64,000 nucleotides of DNA from Antedon mediterranea (GCF_964355755.1 NC_092677.1:4920101-4984100), one strand, 5' to 3'; shown: positions 15,401 through 27,368, counted from the first letter of the stretch. Notes: generated by a model not told the origin, from the letters alone. Numbers and translations: made by a program.

Positions 15401-18400
15401 TCAGTACCGAAAGTACGAACCAACTTTATATACCATCGAGTAAACATTCTAGAAATAACGCGCGATTTACCGAATTTTGCCCTTACGTAAATTTATATAT
15501 AGATGAAAGATTCTGAGAAAATCAATCAGTCAATATGTCTTTTAAAAATCAATTATCTTTATTTAAATCAATGCATATAACCTATAATTCGTCATAGTGA
15601 CGAATTAAATCTAGTTATCTTGTATTGTGTTAACCCTACAGCAATGGTAATAGAATTAGTGGTGAAGAGTATCATGATGGGTGTATGGTATCTTAATGAT
15701 GCAGAGATCCCTGTTGTAGTTTACCATTAGGGATTTTTTTGAGATTTTCATGTCAACTGATAACTTATGATGTCATTTTTATGATATACTACCGCCAAAT
15801 TTGAGAACTTGTTCAGTGTCATTTGCCGTTCGCTCTCTGACATGAGTATGTAGTATGACTTCATAAGACTGCAAAAGTTTACCAAAATCATGGCGGAGAA
15901 TGATCCCGAGATGATTTTCTGAGAATACAGTAAAGGGCATTTCAGTTAAATTGTATTTACAAAGTGTGAATTATTGAATTTATTGGTTATTTTTAAATAG
16001 TTTAATACTACAGGTTAGGGCCTGAGTTTTGTCACTAGGACGCTAGCCTTTGTTCAGAAAAGTAAGGATCTAGGCTAGGCCTAAGCTACAGCCTACAGAA
16101 GGAGATCCAGGAATTTTAAATAGGAAGGGTCCTTTGAGCCACAGCGAGCCCCTTCCCACCTCCTCCCTCCATAGTTGGTAAATAACACCCCCAGATGGTT
16201 GGAAATGGTACTCTCCAACAAAAAATTATGATAAATGGCACCTCTAGTTGGCCCGAAAATAACACTCCCATGTGTCGCACAACAATCAGCAAAACGATCA
16301 GAATTTTTCCGCCGTATTTTAGATGCGCGTGTTTGATCGTGCTTCACACAGAGCCGGGTGTTTTGTTTTGGTTTGCGTTACCGTACAGGCTACATGCACT
16401 CGGACTGTCAACCAATTGAACAGAGTATTCAGTCGATAATACACAGCTGTGAGGCTTCCCCCTCTTCCACTTCTCGAGTCCGCCCCTTAATCAGCCCAAT
16501 GAGACCATGTGCATGTGCTTTGGTTGTACACGCCCGATCGCGACATTTATTTTTGTACATAAGTTGGGGACCCCTCATGAAACATCACAAAATAAACATG
16601 AATATTCATTGGTCATATCCGTAAGGTGTGACGTACAAAAACAAAAATCGTTGCCTTAGCTCCAAAAGCTCTTCTAGAGATTACAAGGTCAGATCCCAAG
16701 ATCATTACATCATACATTTACTAACACGTCGACGTAAATGTCGACTCAATCTAAACGTTCATATCTGTCAATGACACATAGTGAACATTTGGTCATATCT
16801 AAAAGTTCCTATTGAGTATTATTATCTTGTATTGTGTTAACCATACAGCAGTGGTAATAGAAGTGGTGAAGAGTATCAGATGATGGTCAATGAAAGAGAA
16901 TGTCCTGATGTGCCAACAGTCTCTGGTATCTCTGGACCACCAGCAGGAGTCTCTGGTATCTCTGGACCACCAGCAGGAGTCTCTGGTACCTCTGGACCAC
17001 CAGCAGGAATCTCTGGTACCTCTGGACCACCAGCAGGAGTCTTTGGTACCTCTGGACCACCAGCAGCAGTCTCTGGTATCTCTGGACAACCAGCAGCAGT
17101 ATCTGAATCTGAACAAAAGTTAGAGGTTGGTTAATAAATAGGGAGGTTGCGCAATGCTACAAATACGATAAATAAAACGTATTTGTTTTCGTTAGCCAGT
17201 AACAATCAGTTTCGCATAGCAATGAAATATTGAGGGTGCCGTCCAAAAAATATGCCTGTGGTAAATTTGAACGAAGTGCAGGTACGTGTTGCTTGGCCAT
17301 CTAGGCCAAGCATAACAACAGAGCAAGTAAGGAATTTTCAATTGACGTGACATTTTTCGTAAAAAACTTTCAATAAATTATCTATGATTATATTACAATC
17401 ATGAATCATTATTGTCTCAAATCAAAATGTGAAAAATAGATCAAAAACTATACTTGTTTTGTAGTTACGATTATGGTGATATTCGTCAATATGCTTTACG
17501 AATATGAAATGGGCATCAGCTCAAAAGTTTTAAAAATGTGTGAAATTATCGTATTCGTTCAAACAATTAAACAGACAAACAAACAAATTAAATAGAGTTT
17601 GTGAGAGTATATTTGAAAGCATTATATTCCTAACATTCTTCTACTTATTCACAGATAACTCCTGATGATGCTGAGGATGATGAAGGTAGTAAACTTTTAG
17701 CAGAACCTCAAGGACCATCTCATGGAAATGAAATTGTTACTGAAGGGGAAGGTAAACTTTGTTATTTTATAGAATACTTATAATACTGGTTCAACAATTA
17801 TTGTTTCTTACTATTATACATTTCCAAATATTAGTTCAGTTTTTAAAAAAAAGTGTAGGCCTACATTAGATCTGTCATTCGCATATCCTTTCATTCAATC
17901 AATAAACATAGCTAATTTGGTTAAACTTATGTATACATGTACTTTTGTTTTTCCAATTGACCCAAAATATTCCATAATGCTGTTTCTACATTATTAAATG
18001 GCATTTGTTTTGGTTTTTTTTTAAATTTATTTTTAACTATGCTGTACGAAAGAATTATTTTTCCATAGTTCTATACATTCCAATTGATTTATTTTTAAAT
18101 TTATTAATCGATTTGGTTAAGTATGTTGTTATTCCTTGGTCAATATATTAGCCCTTCTGTTTGTTTACTGTTTATGTATTATATTATTTTTTGTTTATTG
18201 TTAATATAGCAAACGACTCAAACAGGTAATTAATTTGTGGTTTTATATCCAGCAAAGCTTCTTGTTAAAATTGCTTACTCTTTTAAATTCAACAAATGTT
18301 AACTGGCGTTTTATCGTCTAGCGTTGTTTATCCTATGGCGCTGATGAGTTGGTATGGCGCTAGCAATATAAAAAAAGAGGAGGGGGCACGTCCTTTTGGA

Positions 18401-21400
18401 CCTATTGGTGGCGCCAAAGAAACTCATCGTTGTCATTGGCCTAATTGTTGCCTGGGTTGGGCTCTATAGTATTCATCTACCATATATTATCAAATAAACT
18501 TTTTGAGGTTAGAATCTTAACTACTTACTGTACTTGACTAGCTGTCTCTACCACTTTATAAATGATGTATATCACTGTTAATTAATTTTATTTAAATGTT
18601 TGGCATTTTAATTTTCACATGCTTAAATTGGTTTGGTTTCTGTCTTCTACAAATTAAGTTGAAAAAAAAAACAACTATTATCTGATAGTTATCTGAATTT
18701 GGTCTACTACTACTATGTTTACTAATGCAAAATCAATTTGTTTGTGAGCAAATTGCATTTTTATAACATTGTTTAAAGGCTTCAATATACATATAATGGT
18801 TCTTCTGTTGTAACTTTGGTCTTCAAAAACCCTACTTTCACTTTTACAGTTTTACTTCCTTTTCTTATAAAATTGGGCTTGTTCGTACTTTGATTGACAG
18901 AGTTTACAAATTGAATAATTCCTGGTCTAGCTTTAACAATGACATTTCAACTTTTAAAACCATTTTAAGTAAAAACTGTTTTCCACAACATTTACAGATA
19001 TCTTAATAATGTTTTCTCTCCCTGCAATGTTGCGTCAGTTGAGTCGATTATTGAACAAAACAAGGTTCTTTATTTTAAATTACCTTACTTACAGTTTGCC
19101 AAATGCGCACAACAAAGAATCGATAAAATTACACGTAAATATTGCAAAGGTATTAATATTAAATTAGCTTTCAAATCATTTAACATTTCAAACTTGTTTA
19201 GTCTTAAGGACCCGGTCCCCGATATGTTCCGCTCTCGTGTTTATATAAATTTAAATGTATGGGATGTAATTCTATGTATATTGGTGAAACCAATAGACGG
19301 TTGTCAATGCGGGTGCGTGAACATTTCAGGGACAAGGCTTCTCACATTTTTCAACATCTGCAGATTCCGCTTTCAAACTTAAGGTCAAGGAAGCCCTCCA
19401 CATCACGTGGAGTAAACCTTCCCTGAACAAACAAATCTATAACTTAGGCGTCACACTTACCATATAATTGTTTGTTGCTTACATTCCTTGTTGTTTTATT
19501 ATGCTAATTACTTGCTTATTTACATACAATATGTCCTATTCGTATATAAGCACTCTAGGCGTTGTTTACGGTTCTGATGATGAGAATAGTTTCTCGAAAC
19601 ATGTCACATTTTAAGGCAGTTTGCCTTTTCATTGAATGCCTCGCTATAGTAATTTTAACTTGTAAGTTTGGTGGTATTATTCATGATTTATCTAACATAT
19701 AATATAATTTTTAATGGTAAACTAAAGTTAACACAGTGTGTACCAGCTTTTATCTTAAATTTTAGGTTATGCTTTGTGAAGAGTGGTCTGCTTCATTACA
19801 CTTTGCAATATTTAAACTTAAGTGGATTTTATTCTGCAGTGTGAATTTTTTGTCCTCACTTTATTTACCAGTGTTACCGCTGTAACATTGTACGTTATCT
19901 GAAAATATTGCAGTGTAAAAGTGCATAATAAAAAATCATGGAATTTGACCATACTGTATGTTTTAAACATAAATTAAATTAATCCGTTCCCTGATTATTT
20001 TTTTTTTTATATAGATCTCAAAGTTCATACACAAGTAAGTAACAGATATCATATTTGTAATATAACATTTTACAATATTACATAACATTTACATTAACAT
20101 TACATTTTATATTGATTTTAAAAATTGGAAATAATAACTCTTGTTGTCTTCAATATCAAAATATATATATATTATGCTCATTGATTGTAAGGTATAATCC
20201 ATTTTCCAGTGGTGATGTACTAGAAATTGTATCTTCAACACAAATGATATGTACACACCATGACCCTGACAATCCTGACAAATTTGTGTTGTTAAACAAT
20301 GTGGCTACTTTGATTGCATGCGGATAACTTCAGAAGGGAAGTTGATCTGAAACAATATTTCTACAATATGGCATGAAATAAATAAGAAAGAACAAGTTAA
20401 ACTTGATAGGTATTATAACCCTAACCCTAACCCTAAGCTTCCAAAGTGAGGAAATTGCGTTTTGCGAATTTCTAAGAACCACGCCTCTTTTTTACATATC
20501 ATATAAGGCGATCCTATTACCGGTACAATAGTAAATCATATTTCTAGAGTTTTGTCAAAATTTGAGGCAATCGCGCAGGGCTTTTTTTAAATTTAGAAAT
20601 TGGCCCTATTATTTGTTTTTCCGTATCTTGGGAGAAATTTATTTGATTAAACATTCTACCAAATTACACCTAAAAAACACCTCTCTCAAATTAATGCCTC
20701 CCTCAAATAAACCCCCCCCCCCCCCCCTAAAAACACTCCCAAAAAATTATAATAAATACGGTAATGACCATGCAAACAGAAACACAGTAATAAATAAAAT
20801 TTACTTTCAAATTACATTAAGAAATTAAATTGACATGTCTGCATTCATTTTCCTTAGCAAATGGTAGAGGAAGCATCAGCCTAACACTTTTAAATCCTGC
20901 AAGATCTGATTCAGGGAAGTACAGCTGTAGTATAGAGGGCAGTAGACAGCAGTGTCCAGGTGTTAAGAATTTATTTGTTAATTGTGAGTTTTATTTCTGG
21001 AAATGAACTTCATAAAAATACAAAAAAGAACCATTTGATAATCTTATAAACTTATACAACATAATGAAAAAAGTCAAGGTTTAATAATTGTCCTGTTTTG
21101 AGTAACACAACATAATAAACACAATTAATATATTTTGTATGTATATTAAGTATACATTATTAATGCTTTTAACAAAAATGTTCATGAATTTTAAAAGAAA
21201 AATTACAATTGTATTGGCTCAAATTTATACGACACAGCTGGTGACTAACTGCAGAGTAATCGCTGCCCATGATTACTTTGAAACTAAAATAAATTTTTCT
21301 ACGAATATTAAGATACTGAGATGGTAGATCACAAGTATTCAACAGAAGAAGATATCAGTAATTTTAAAATGAAGTGCAGATATGGACCAGCAGATATGCC

Positions 21401-24400
21401 ATTAACAGGTTACAAGTGGAAGAAGATTAAGGAAGATGGCACAACAGAGATTGAGGATTGTTATAAAGATTCTAGATTTGAAGTAACAAGTTACCAAAAT
21501 AGCATTCTGTCTTTGAAGATAAAGAATGTTGTACTTGATGATGCTGGCAAGTATCAATGTGAAGTGAAGCCAGTTGATGGAGAAAAGAAGCTGGAAGATA
21601 CTACACAGCTAATAGTGAAGAAAGGTAATTGTAATCTGTATTTTACTTGCCAACAAAATTGCAAATACTTTATTTTATAAAGAAATTAATGAAAAATGTT
21701 TTGTTTCTTCATTTTGTTTTATAGACCTTGTTATAATGAATATTCCTGCTGTTACTACTAATGAAGGTAGGAATTCTGATCAATTGTTGCTTAACCTTAT
21801 GTGGGTTGGTGATGCTGCTGCAATATCCAATACATGTTGGTATAAGAAAGTTGAAGGTGGAGAGAAGGAACTGCTGACATCGTTGTAATAATATGTAATC
21901 TAATGTTGAAAGTTAAAAACATTTGTTTTCTTAAAACTGTAAATCCTAAATTAATTATGAAGTGACCTAAAATAAACAAAGACGGACTTTTGAATTTAGA
22001 TCCGTCTTCTATAGTAGTTTTGATCTTCGGCCTAAAATTTAAAAAAAGGAAAAAAAGCAATAAAAATAATGTTAAAAACAATAGTTTTAGCAACTACAGG
22101 GATCTTTAAGAAAACTGGTTTGTGGACTAATTTTGTTTTCATTTTGTCATACAATTTGATTAGACAATATTTTTGAGTGTATAATGAACTAATTTCATCC
22201 AATATATCATACTCACAGGTATCACAATGAATGATAATCTTGTTACACTTGGAGAAAAGGGTATTTTAACTTGCAAGTATAAAATTAAGGATAAAGTAGA
22301 AGTTGTCAATTGGTGTAAGAAGAAAGAAAACAAGTTGATATTTACTTCTGATGAATCTCAACAAAAGAAGATAGAAAAAGTGCCTAAAAGATGTAAAGCA
22401 ACTTATAAGTCTAATGAAACAAGCTTAGAGTTTGAGAAAGTGGAATTCACTGATGCTGGAGAGTATATATGTGAACTTAAGCCGAAGAAACACAATATTA
22501 ACTTTATTCCAGACAGAATTAGAAGAAAATTATCATTTTCTTCACCCCATACAAAATCAGCACACTTACGTGTACAGTGTAAGTAGATTGGTGGAGATTT
22601 CTATAGGTCTCTATGAAAATAAAATAAATATATTGCCTGCATTAAAAATATTGCCAAATTTTTAAATAAGTAAAATAACATATGACCAATTACTCAACTT
22701 CCTGATGCTACTCCACTTCATGGTATGTAATTCATAACAAATTATGACACTTATGACTGCATATTCAATAATATTTTAATAAATATTTTGGTTTTATAGT
22801 TAATGTGTTTACTGCAGCTGATTATGAACACGATAACACATACAGGTAAATGCATGGTTCTTTAAGTTGAATGTTAAAGTGTTGCTAACCAATTGGTTTT
22901 GAACAATACCATGAAAGCCCTAGTGGTCTAATAGTTAGGTCATCTGCTTTGTCATCAAGCAGAATTATTTTAATAAAAACCGTAATATATATTGGTTTTT
23001 TTTTAAATAATTTGTCAGAGTACTTTGATTTTTTTTTATTTCATTTGCTTTATTCAATATCGGCTCATTACAATTACAACAGAAAACATAAAAATATATA
23101 ATGAAATAAAAAGCCAGGATTGTCAAAAGCGAACCCAATCACTGTTTAAAGATTTTCCTTTAACAGAAATACAATATAATAAATAATAATATAGGCTAAA
23201 TGACGGTTAAAAAAAAAATATATTTAAAAAGCAAAATAAAGAAAAAAAATGGTTAAATTAAAATCTAAGACTCAAATCAAAAGGAAGAGAGGCAATGAGA
23301 GGAGAAATCAGGAATGGAAATAGGCGAAGACTAGTCACAAAATCTCGAAACCTGCTAAGGAGAGCAAGGTCTCTTAAATCAGAGGGAAGACCATTCCAAA
23401 GTTTACAGAATCTAGGAAAGAGTGAAGATTGACAGTTCGAGCAAAGGGTGGCCTAATTTATCAGGGGGCGAGTGCACTTATATTATACTTACTCATCCCA
23501 TGCACATTAGTATATAACCACATATTTAAAAAACAGGTTACTGCAGTATACTGTTAATTTGTATCCATTTTGTTCTCTTATTTTATAGACGTCCTGCAGT
23601 AGTTTTTATAAATTCTCATGTTCTTGTCTTTGTTGAGAAAAATAACTCAGATGTAATATTGAGAAGGGGAAAGATGAACATAAAGAGTTTGATTGAATGG
23701 GAAGAATCAAGAGTTATTTTACACGAAGAAGATAAAAGGTATTACATTTGAGTATGACAGTTATCTTGTCTTTAAAAAGTTGGGGTGTTTTTTTAACAGC
23801 AAGGGTGGGTTTGGGGAACACACCATGGATTTTAATTAATAATTAAATAAATTAAATACTTTGTGAACAATCTTAGGCTAATTAGCCATCTGGAAATTCA
23901 GGCTTTCAGAGCAATGATTTACAAACATATGTACTATAAAAATATTTCTGATTTTTTTATTCATTCTATGTAAGAAACACTAATAGAAACACTTTTTTTT
24001 TTGGCTATCCACAATCCATATGTGTGTGCTATGTATGTAATGAAAATGATGTGAATGAAGTTTGGAATTGGAATTTGAAGGTTTCCAATATTTTTAAGTA
24101 GAAACAAAAAATTGAAAACATGAAAATGATTAAAATATGCCAAGTGTGTGTTTGTTTTTACTTATACTATTTACCATACAGCTTTCAGAATCTAGTACCA
24201 ATTGTAACACACAACGGAAAGGTGATTCTAATGTGTGTTAAACAAAATAAAAACACAAAAGACTGGAATACAATAAAGATAGAAACTGATGATTATGGAA
24301 ACAATTGGAAAGAACCATTTGATGTAAAATTTCCATCAAAAATCGAAGAAATTACATCCCTCCTATGTGAGTATAGGCATGACCTATTCATGGCTTGTAT

Positions 24401-27368
24401 AAAATGTGATAGTTTTGGGAGTTGCCATGGCTAAACTGGCTATGCTGTGCATAATATCTGAGCTGTGCATATGAATGTCACTGAATTTCAAATATTAAAA
24501 TGTTCTTTTCTGCCATTAATGTGCTGGTAAAATGTTTTTGATAGTTGTAAATATTATCTATTGAATGTCTACAGTAATTGTACTTTCCTACTTTAAATTA
24601 CAATCAAATACTGACTAACCTGATAATCTATAAAGAAGAATAATGCAATTAAAACTAATAATTTGAAAATATCACTTATTCTTTTTCTCCAAAATAATAT
24701 TTTGTTATAGTTTAAAGATGTATTGTCCCTTGAAACACAAAAAAAAAAAAAAAAAAATATTCTACATTTAAATTAGCCATATCAAAGTAATATTAAAGTT
24801 ATTCACTTTAAGTCGAAAATTTGAGCCAAAAACAACAAGTTTACGTAATTAACAGGTAAATTAATTAGATTACATTTCGTCTGGGAAATCGTCGCAAGCG
24901 AAAGTAAACAAAGATTTCAAACCATGAGTATGCATTATGCATGATGCTAATTAGGATTGTTTACAACTCGTCACGGTTGAAAAGGTGTTTTTACACAGAT
25001 CGCGAAGAAGTTTTATGATTATGCATACAGAGTAGCCAAACAAGCGCGTTGCATTATGAGATATGTTTTGATTGAAAACTTTGACTGGAAGTCAAAGTTA
25101 TTTTTTGAACAAAAAAACATCTGTATTTCGGTTAAATTTTTTTTTTTTCGACTAATTTTTGGTGAAAGTTAATAACTATTATGATACTTCAAAATGACCC
25201 CCTTTTTTTGAAAATTAAAAAAAAATAAATTTTTTTTTAATTAGTCAAAGGGCATCTGATCTCTTTAAAAAATACCAAAATTAAATAAAAGTACTACAAA
25301 CTATAAAAGTAAATTTTTATCTTTTTGTTTTAACATATATTATACACATACATTTTTTTTAGGCATTGATGGTGTTTGCTTAGAGTCAGGGAATCTGGTT
25401 CTTGCAGGAGTTTGCAATATCGACAATAATGGCAGTAAAGAAAGTAATTATTTAGAAAATTTGAATATTATTATTTATACTTGTATTGTATTAGCTTTTT
25501 ATAACAGACCCTGGCATTACACATGACATTCACTTATTTTAACACACATATTTTCTATAAATACTTTTTATAGAAATAAAAATAGGCTATTGAATTAGAA
25601 TCTATTTCTTTATAGAATTATCCTGACCCTGGTTTAAAGTCCCATTCCCTACATTTTTTTTATCTCATTTAAGGTCACTAAGTACATTTAATGTAAAAGT
25701 AAATACTATATGGTCCTATTGAGATAACTTTTTTCGTCTTTAAACGTTTAAAAATGTGAAAAATAAGTGGATTCTAATAATTTTAGCGTCCCGCTATAAA
25801 TCCCAACATGCATTGTGTACAGATTGATATTTTCGTTTTTCTTCTGTAATTCACCCACTTTTCGATCGATCGTGAGGCCAAAACAATGGAAGACTTTTTC
25901 AGTGAAAGTACCGGTTTTCCCCAATTTATATCAACGGATTCTGGCAAAAACAGAAAGACAATCAATGCAGCAACTATACAACGTCAGGCTAGGCCTATAG
26001 CTAGCATACGATGTTCGTACATTACCGATGTTTACCAGCTAGGCCTACAAAACTAAGCCTAGCTAGGCTAGGCCTAAAGACCGTCCACGAGAGGACATTT
26101 ACCGTGAGCTACATTTAAGACAAGGATTGACCTGGTTTAATGTTTTTAAAGTTATATATATGCATTATTTTTACAAAACGTCACAAATTGTAGGGAATGG
26201 GTCTTTAAATAATAAGTTGTGTTTTTCATTTCAAAACACTCACACTCAATGTAATATCACAAAAAATTGTATACACTGGGACATTTGTCAGAAAAGTACA
26301 CATGATTCAGAAAATATTTTGTTGGCCCAGCATTAATACTTTTATATGAAAATACATATGCGGTAATTTTGCATCTGTCATGAGCTATTAACAGTCATAA
26401 GAAATATAAATTATTTGTGTTGTTTTTGTAGGAAGCCTACTTGTAATAATAAGTACGGATGATGGTGACAACTGTAACATTGAACATGTTATTAAACTAC
26501 AAGTTACATCAGGAATACATACACAAGTAAGAATACGAGTGAATTCTCTTTTCATACAATAAAATGTTTTTAATTAACACACTCGTATAATGATTTTTAT
26601 TACCTGTAGGTTGTTGAATATGGTCAAGATCAAGTTTACATCATCTGTACATTGGAAGATGATAGTACGCATCTTTTTATTATAAACAGCAAGGATGGAT
26701 GTAAAACAGTTGATGTTGTGAATGAGAAAGAAGAGACAAATCTCGAATGCCAGGTATGCGATGTTATTTTGTATCTCTAGTGGCTACTGTCATTTCTTTG
26801 TCATATTCTATAAAGCACTACTACTTTATGCATTACACTCGTACACATTGTATGTGTTACCTCCGCCAGAAAGACGAGAGGTTATGTTGCCTAGGCCTAG
26901 ATCGAGATTTGCGCTTTCTGTGTGCACTTTTAGTAATTTATATTTAAATAGTATATAAATTAATAGTCTTATTTTTACTCGCATTTATCAACACACAATG
27001 ATTATTTAAACTATATTTGCCTTATTTATGGTACATAAATTACGTTGTCATTTAAAATCTCTTAGAGTGGTATTATACCAACAAAGACAGATGAGTTCTA
27101 CCAAATAGCAATGGCAAGTCATGGAAATGAAACAAATAAGGATCTTACACTTTACTTAAGTGAAGATGGTTGTAAAACCTGGTCTAAGTTTAACACACTA
27201 GGTGCAGTGAATGCAGAAGAATCTGACCTAGCTTACTACAGTGTAAAAGAAGGGGAAGAAGAAGCAGAAGGAATAGTGTGTGTTTACAGTTATGGTTCAG
27301 AAACAGAGGGGTATAATATTGGAATGCAGTTGATTTCTAAGAAAGAAATTAAGCAAACAGAAATATAA
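6428..27368 (+). CDS. IgSF membrane receptor gene B, long form: SP-IgV-IgI-Ig-like-TM-(split Ig with Cys-rich segment)-Ig-Ig-sialidase-like domain
   Basis: Exons 6428-6467 (MYFLVILLNFITK), 6898-7224, 7545-7832, 8856-9080, 9872-9946 (TM LYIILIVLIILWLLLLC), 12141-12401, 12621-12651, 16849-17125, 17655-17751, 20858-20983, 21313-21624, 21725-21766, 22219-22578, 22800-22845, 23589-23738, 24182-24366, 25363-25443, 26432-26526, 26610-26753, 27066-27368 (TAA). Every junction is GT-AG and phase-compatible with no internal stop. Which internal exons co-occur in one mRNA is inferred. Confidence 0.75.
8135..8407. mobile_element. Kolobok-like MITE (TTAA TSD, AG...CT termini)
   Basis: ttaa|agatttattgtctccc ... 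gggacagtacatct|ttaa; same TIR family at 6079-6183, 24716-25264, 37763-38121 and from 63099. Confidence 0.65.
10285..11790 (-). mobile_element. 5'-truncated, decayed LINE (CR1/L2-group RT C-terminus plus 3' UTR)
   Basis: Minus strand FADDTN, KFLGVILDSKLSW, LYNTLVLPY, LQKRAIRI with frameshifts; ends in AATAAA and (ATTTGA)n tail. Confidence 0.85.
12721..15614 (+). mobile_element. Non-autonomous Helentron/HINE-like element containing a nested Helitron
   Basis: 5' palindrome aggttatatgcat-tatt-atgcatataacct, matching subterminal repeat at 15571-15583, 3' hairpin aattcgtca-tag-tgacgaatt, then CTAG. Confidence 0.65.
14067..15503 (-). mobile_element. Non-autonomous Helitron, copy 1
   Basis: Minus strand A|TCTATATATA start, GC-rich hairpin atggtacgc...gcgtaccat next to terminal CTAG|T, no TSD; collinear with 34622-36110. 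Confidence 0.85.
16919..17100 (+). repeat. Coding 30-bp tandem repeat, about 6 units (VSGISGPPAG), in a gene B tail exon
   Basis: gtctctggtatctctggaccaccagcagga repeated; frame fixed by flanking splice phases. Confidence 0.9.
18820..19660 (+). mobile_element. Decayed Penelope-like element (RT thumb plus GIY-YIG endonuclease plus 3' repeat)
   Basis: GLVRTLIDRVYKLNN..ILSKNCFP, YFKLPYL, YKFKCMGCNSMYIGETNRRLSMRVREH, LKVKEALHITWSKPSLNKQ across frameshifts and deletions. Confidence 0.85.
19565..19612 (+). ncRNA. Minimal hammerhead ribozyme motif of the Penelope element, probably degenerate
   Basis: CTGATGA-t-GAGAA-tagt-TTCTC-GAAA-CATG-TC; palindromic helix III; helix I pairs poorly. Confidence 0.55.
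20015..20197 (+). CDS. Alternative terminal exons of gene B, short form ending DLKVHTQ-V* (or -W*)
   Basis: Micro-exon 20015-20034 with strong acceptor and gtaagt donor, phase 1 to 0; next acceptors give GTA TAA (20192) or TGG TGA (20210); AATAAA at 20377-20382. Confidence 0.55.
22800..27368 (+). CDS. Sialidase (GH33, NEU2/3/4-like) beta-propeller domain of about 330 aa, predicted catalytically inactive
   Basis: Seven exons give in order TYRRPAVV..VFVEK..VILRRG..IEW, FQNLVPI, Asp-box TDDYGNNW, GVCLESGNLVL, STDDGDN, SKDGCKT, ECQSGI, DLTLYLSEDGCKTWS, SDLA, collinear with animal sialidases. Confidence 0.85.
23030..23460 (-). mobile_element. LINE 3' end fragment
   Basis: Minus strand KLWNGLPSDLRDL motif, then UTR, AATAAA and A-rich tail. 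Confidence 0.6.
24716..25264. mobile_element. Kolobok-like MITE
   Basis: ttaa|agatgtattgtcccttga ... tcaaagggcatctgatctct|ttaa. Confidence 0.65.
25638..26204. mobile_element. Kolobok-like MITE, second family
   Basis: ttaa|agtcccattccctaca ... tgtagggaatgggtct|ttaa. Confidence 0.75.

Noticed and set aside
16799-17123. Alternative-frame ORFs (CWWSRGTRDS and QQESLVPLDH repeats)
   Set aside because: By-products of a stop-free 30-bp repeat; splice phases select the VSGISGPPAG frame
20112-20327. 71-aa ORF as a gene B exon
   Set aside because: Wrong phase for upstream donors and no recognisable domain; better explained as 3' UTR of the short form
20416-20435. (TAACCC)3 telomere-like repeat
   Set aside because: Too short and embedded in repeat debris
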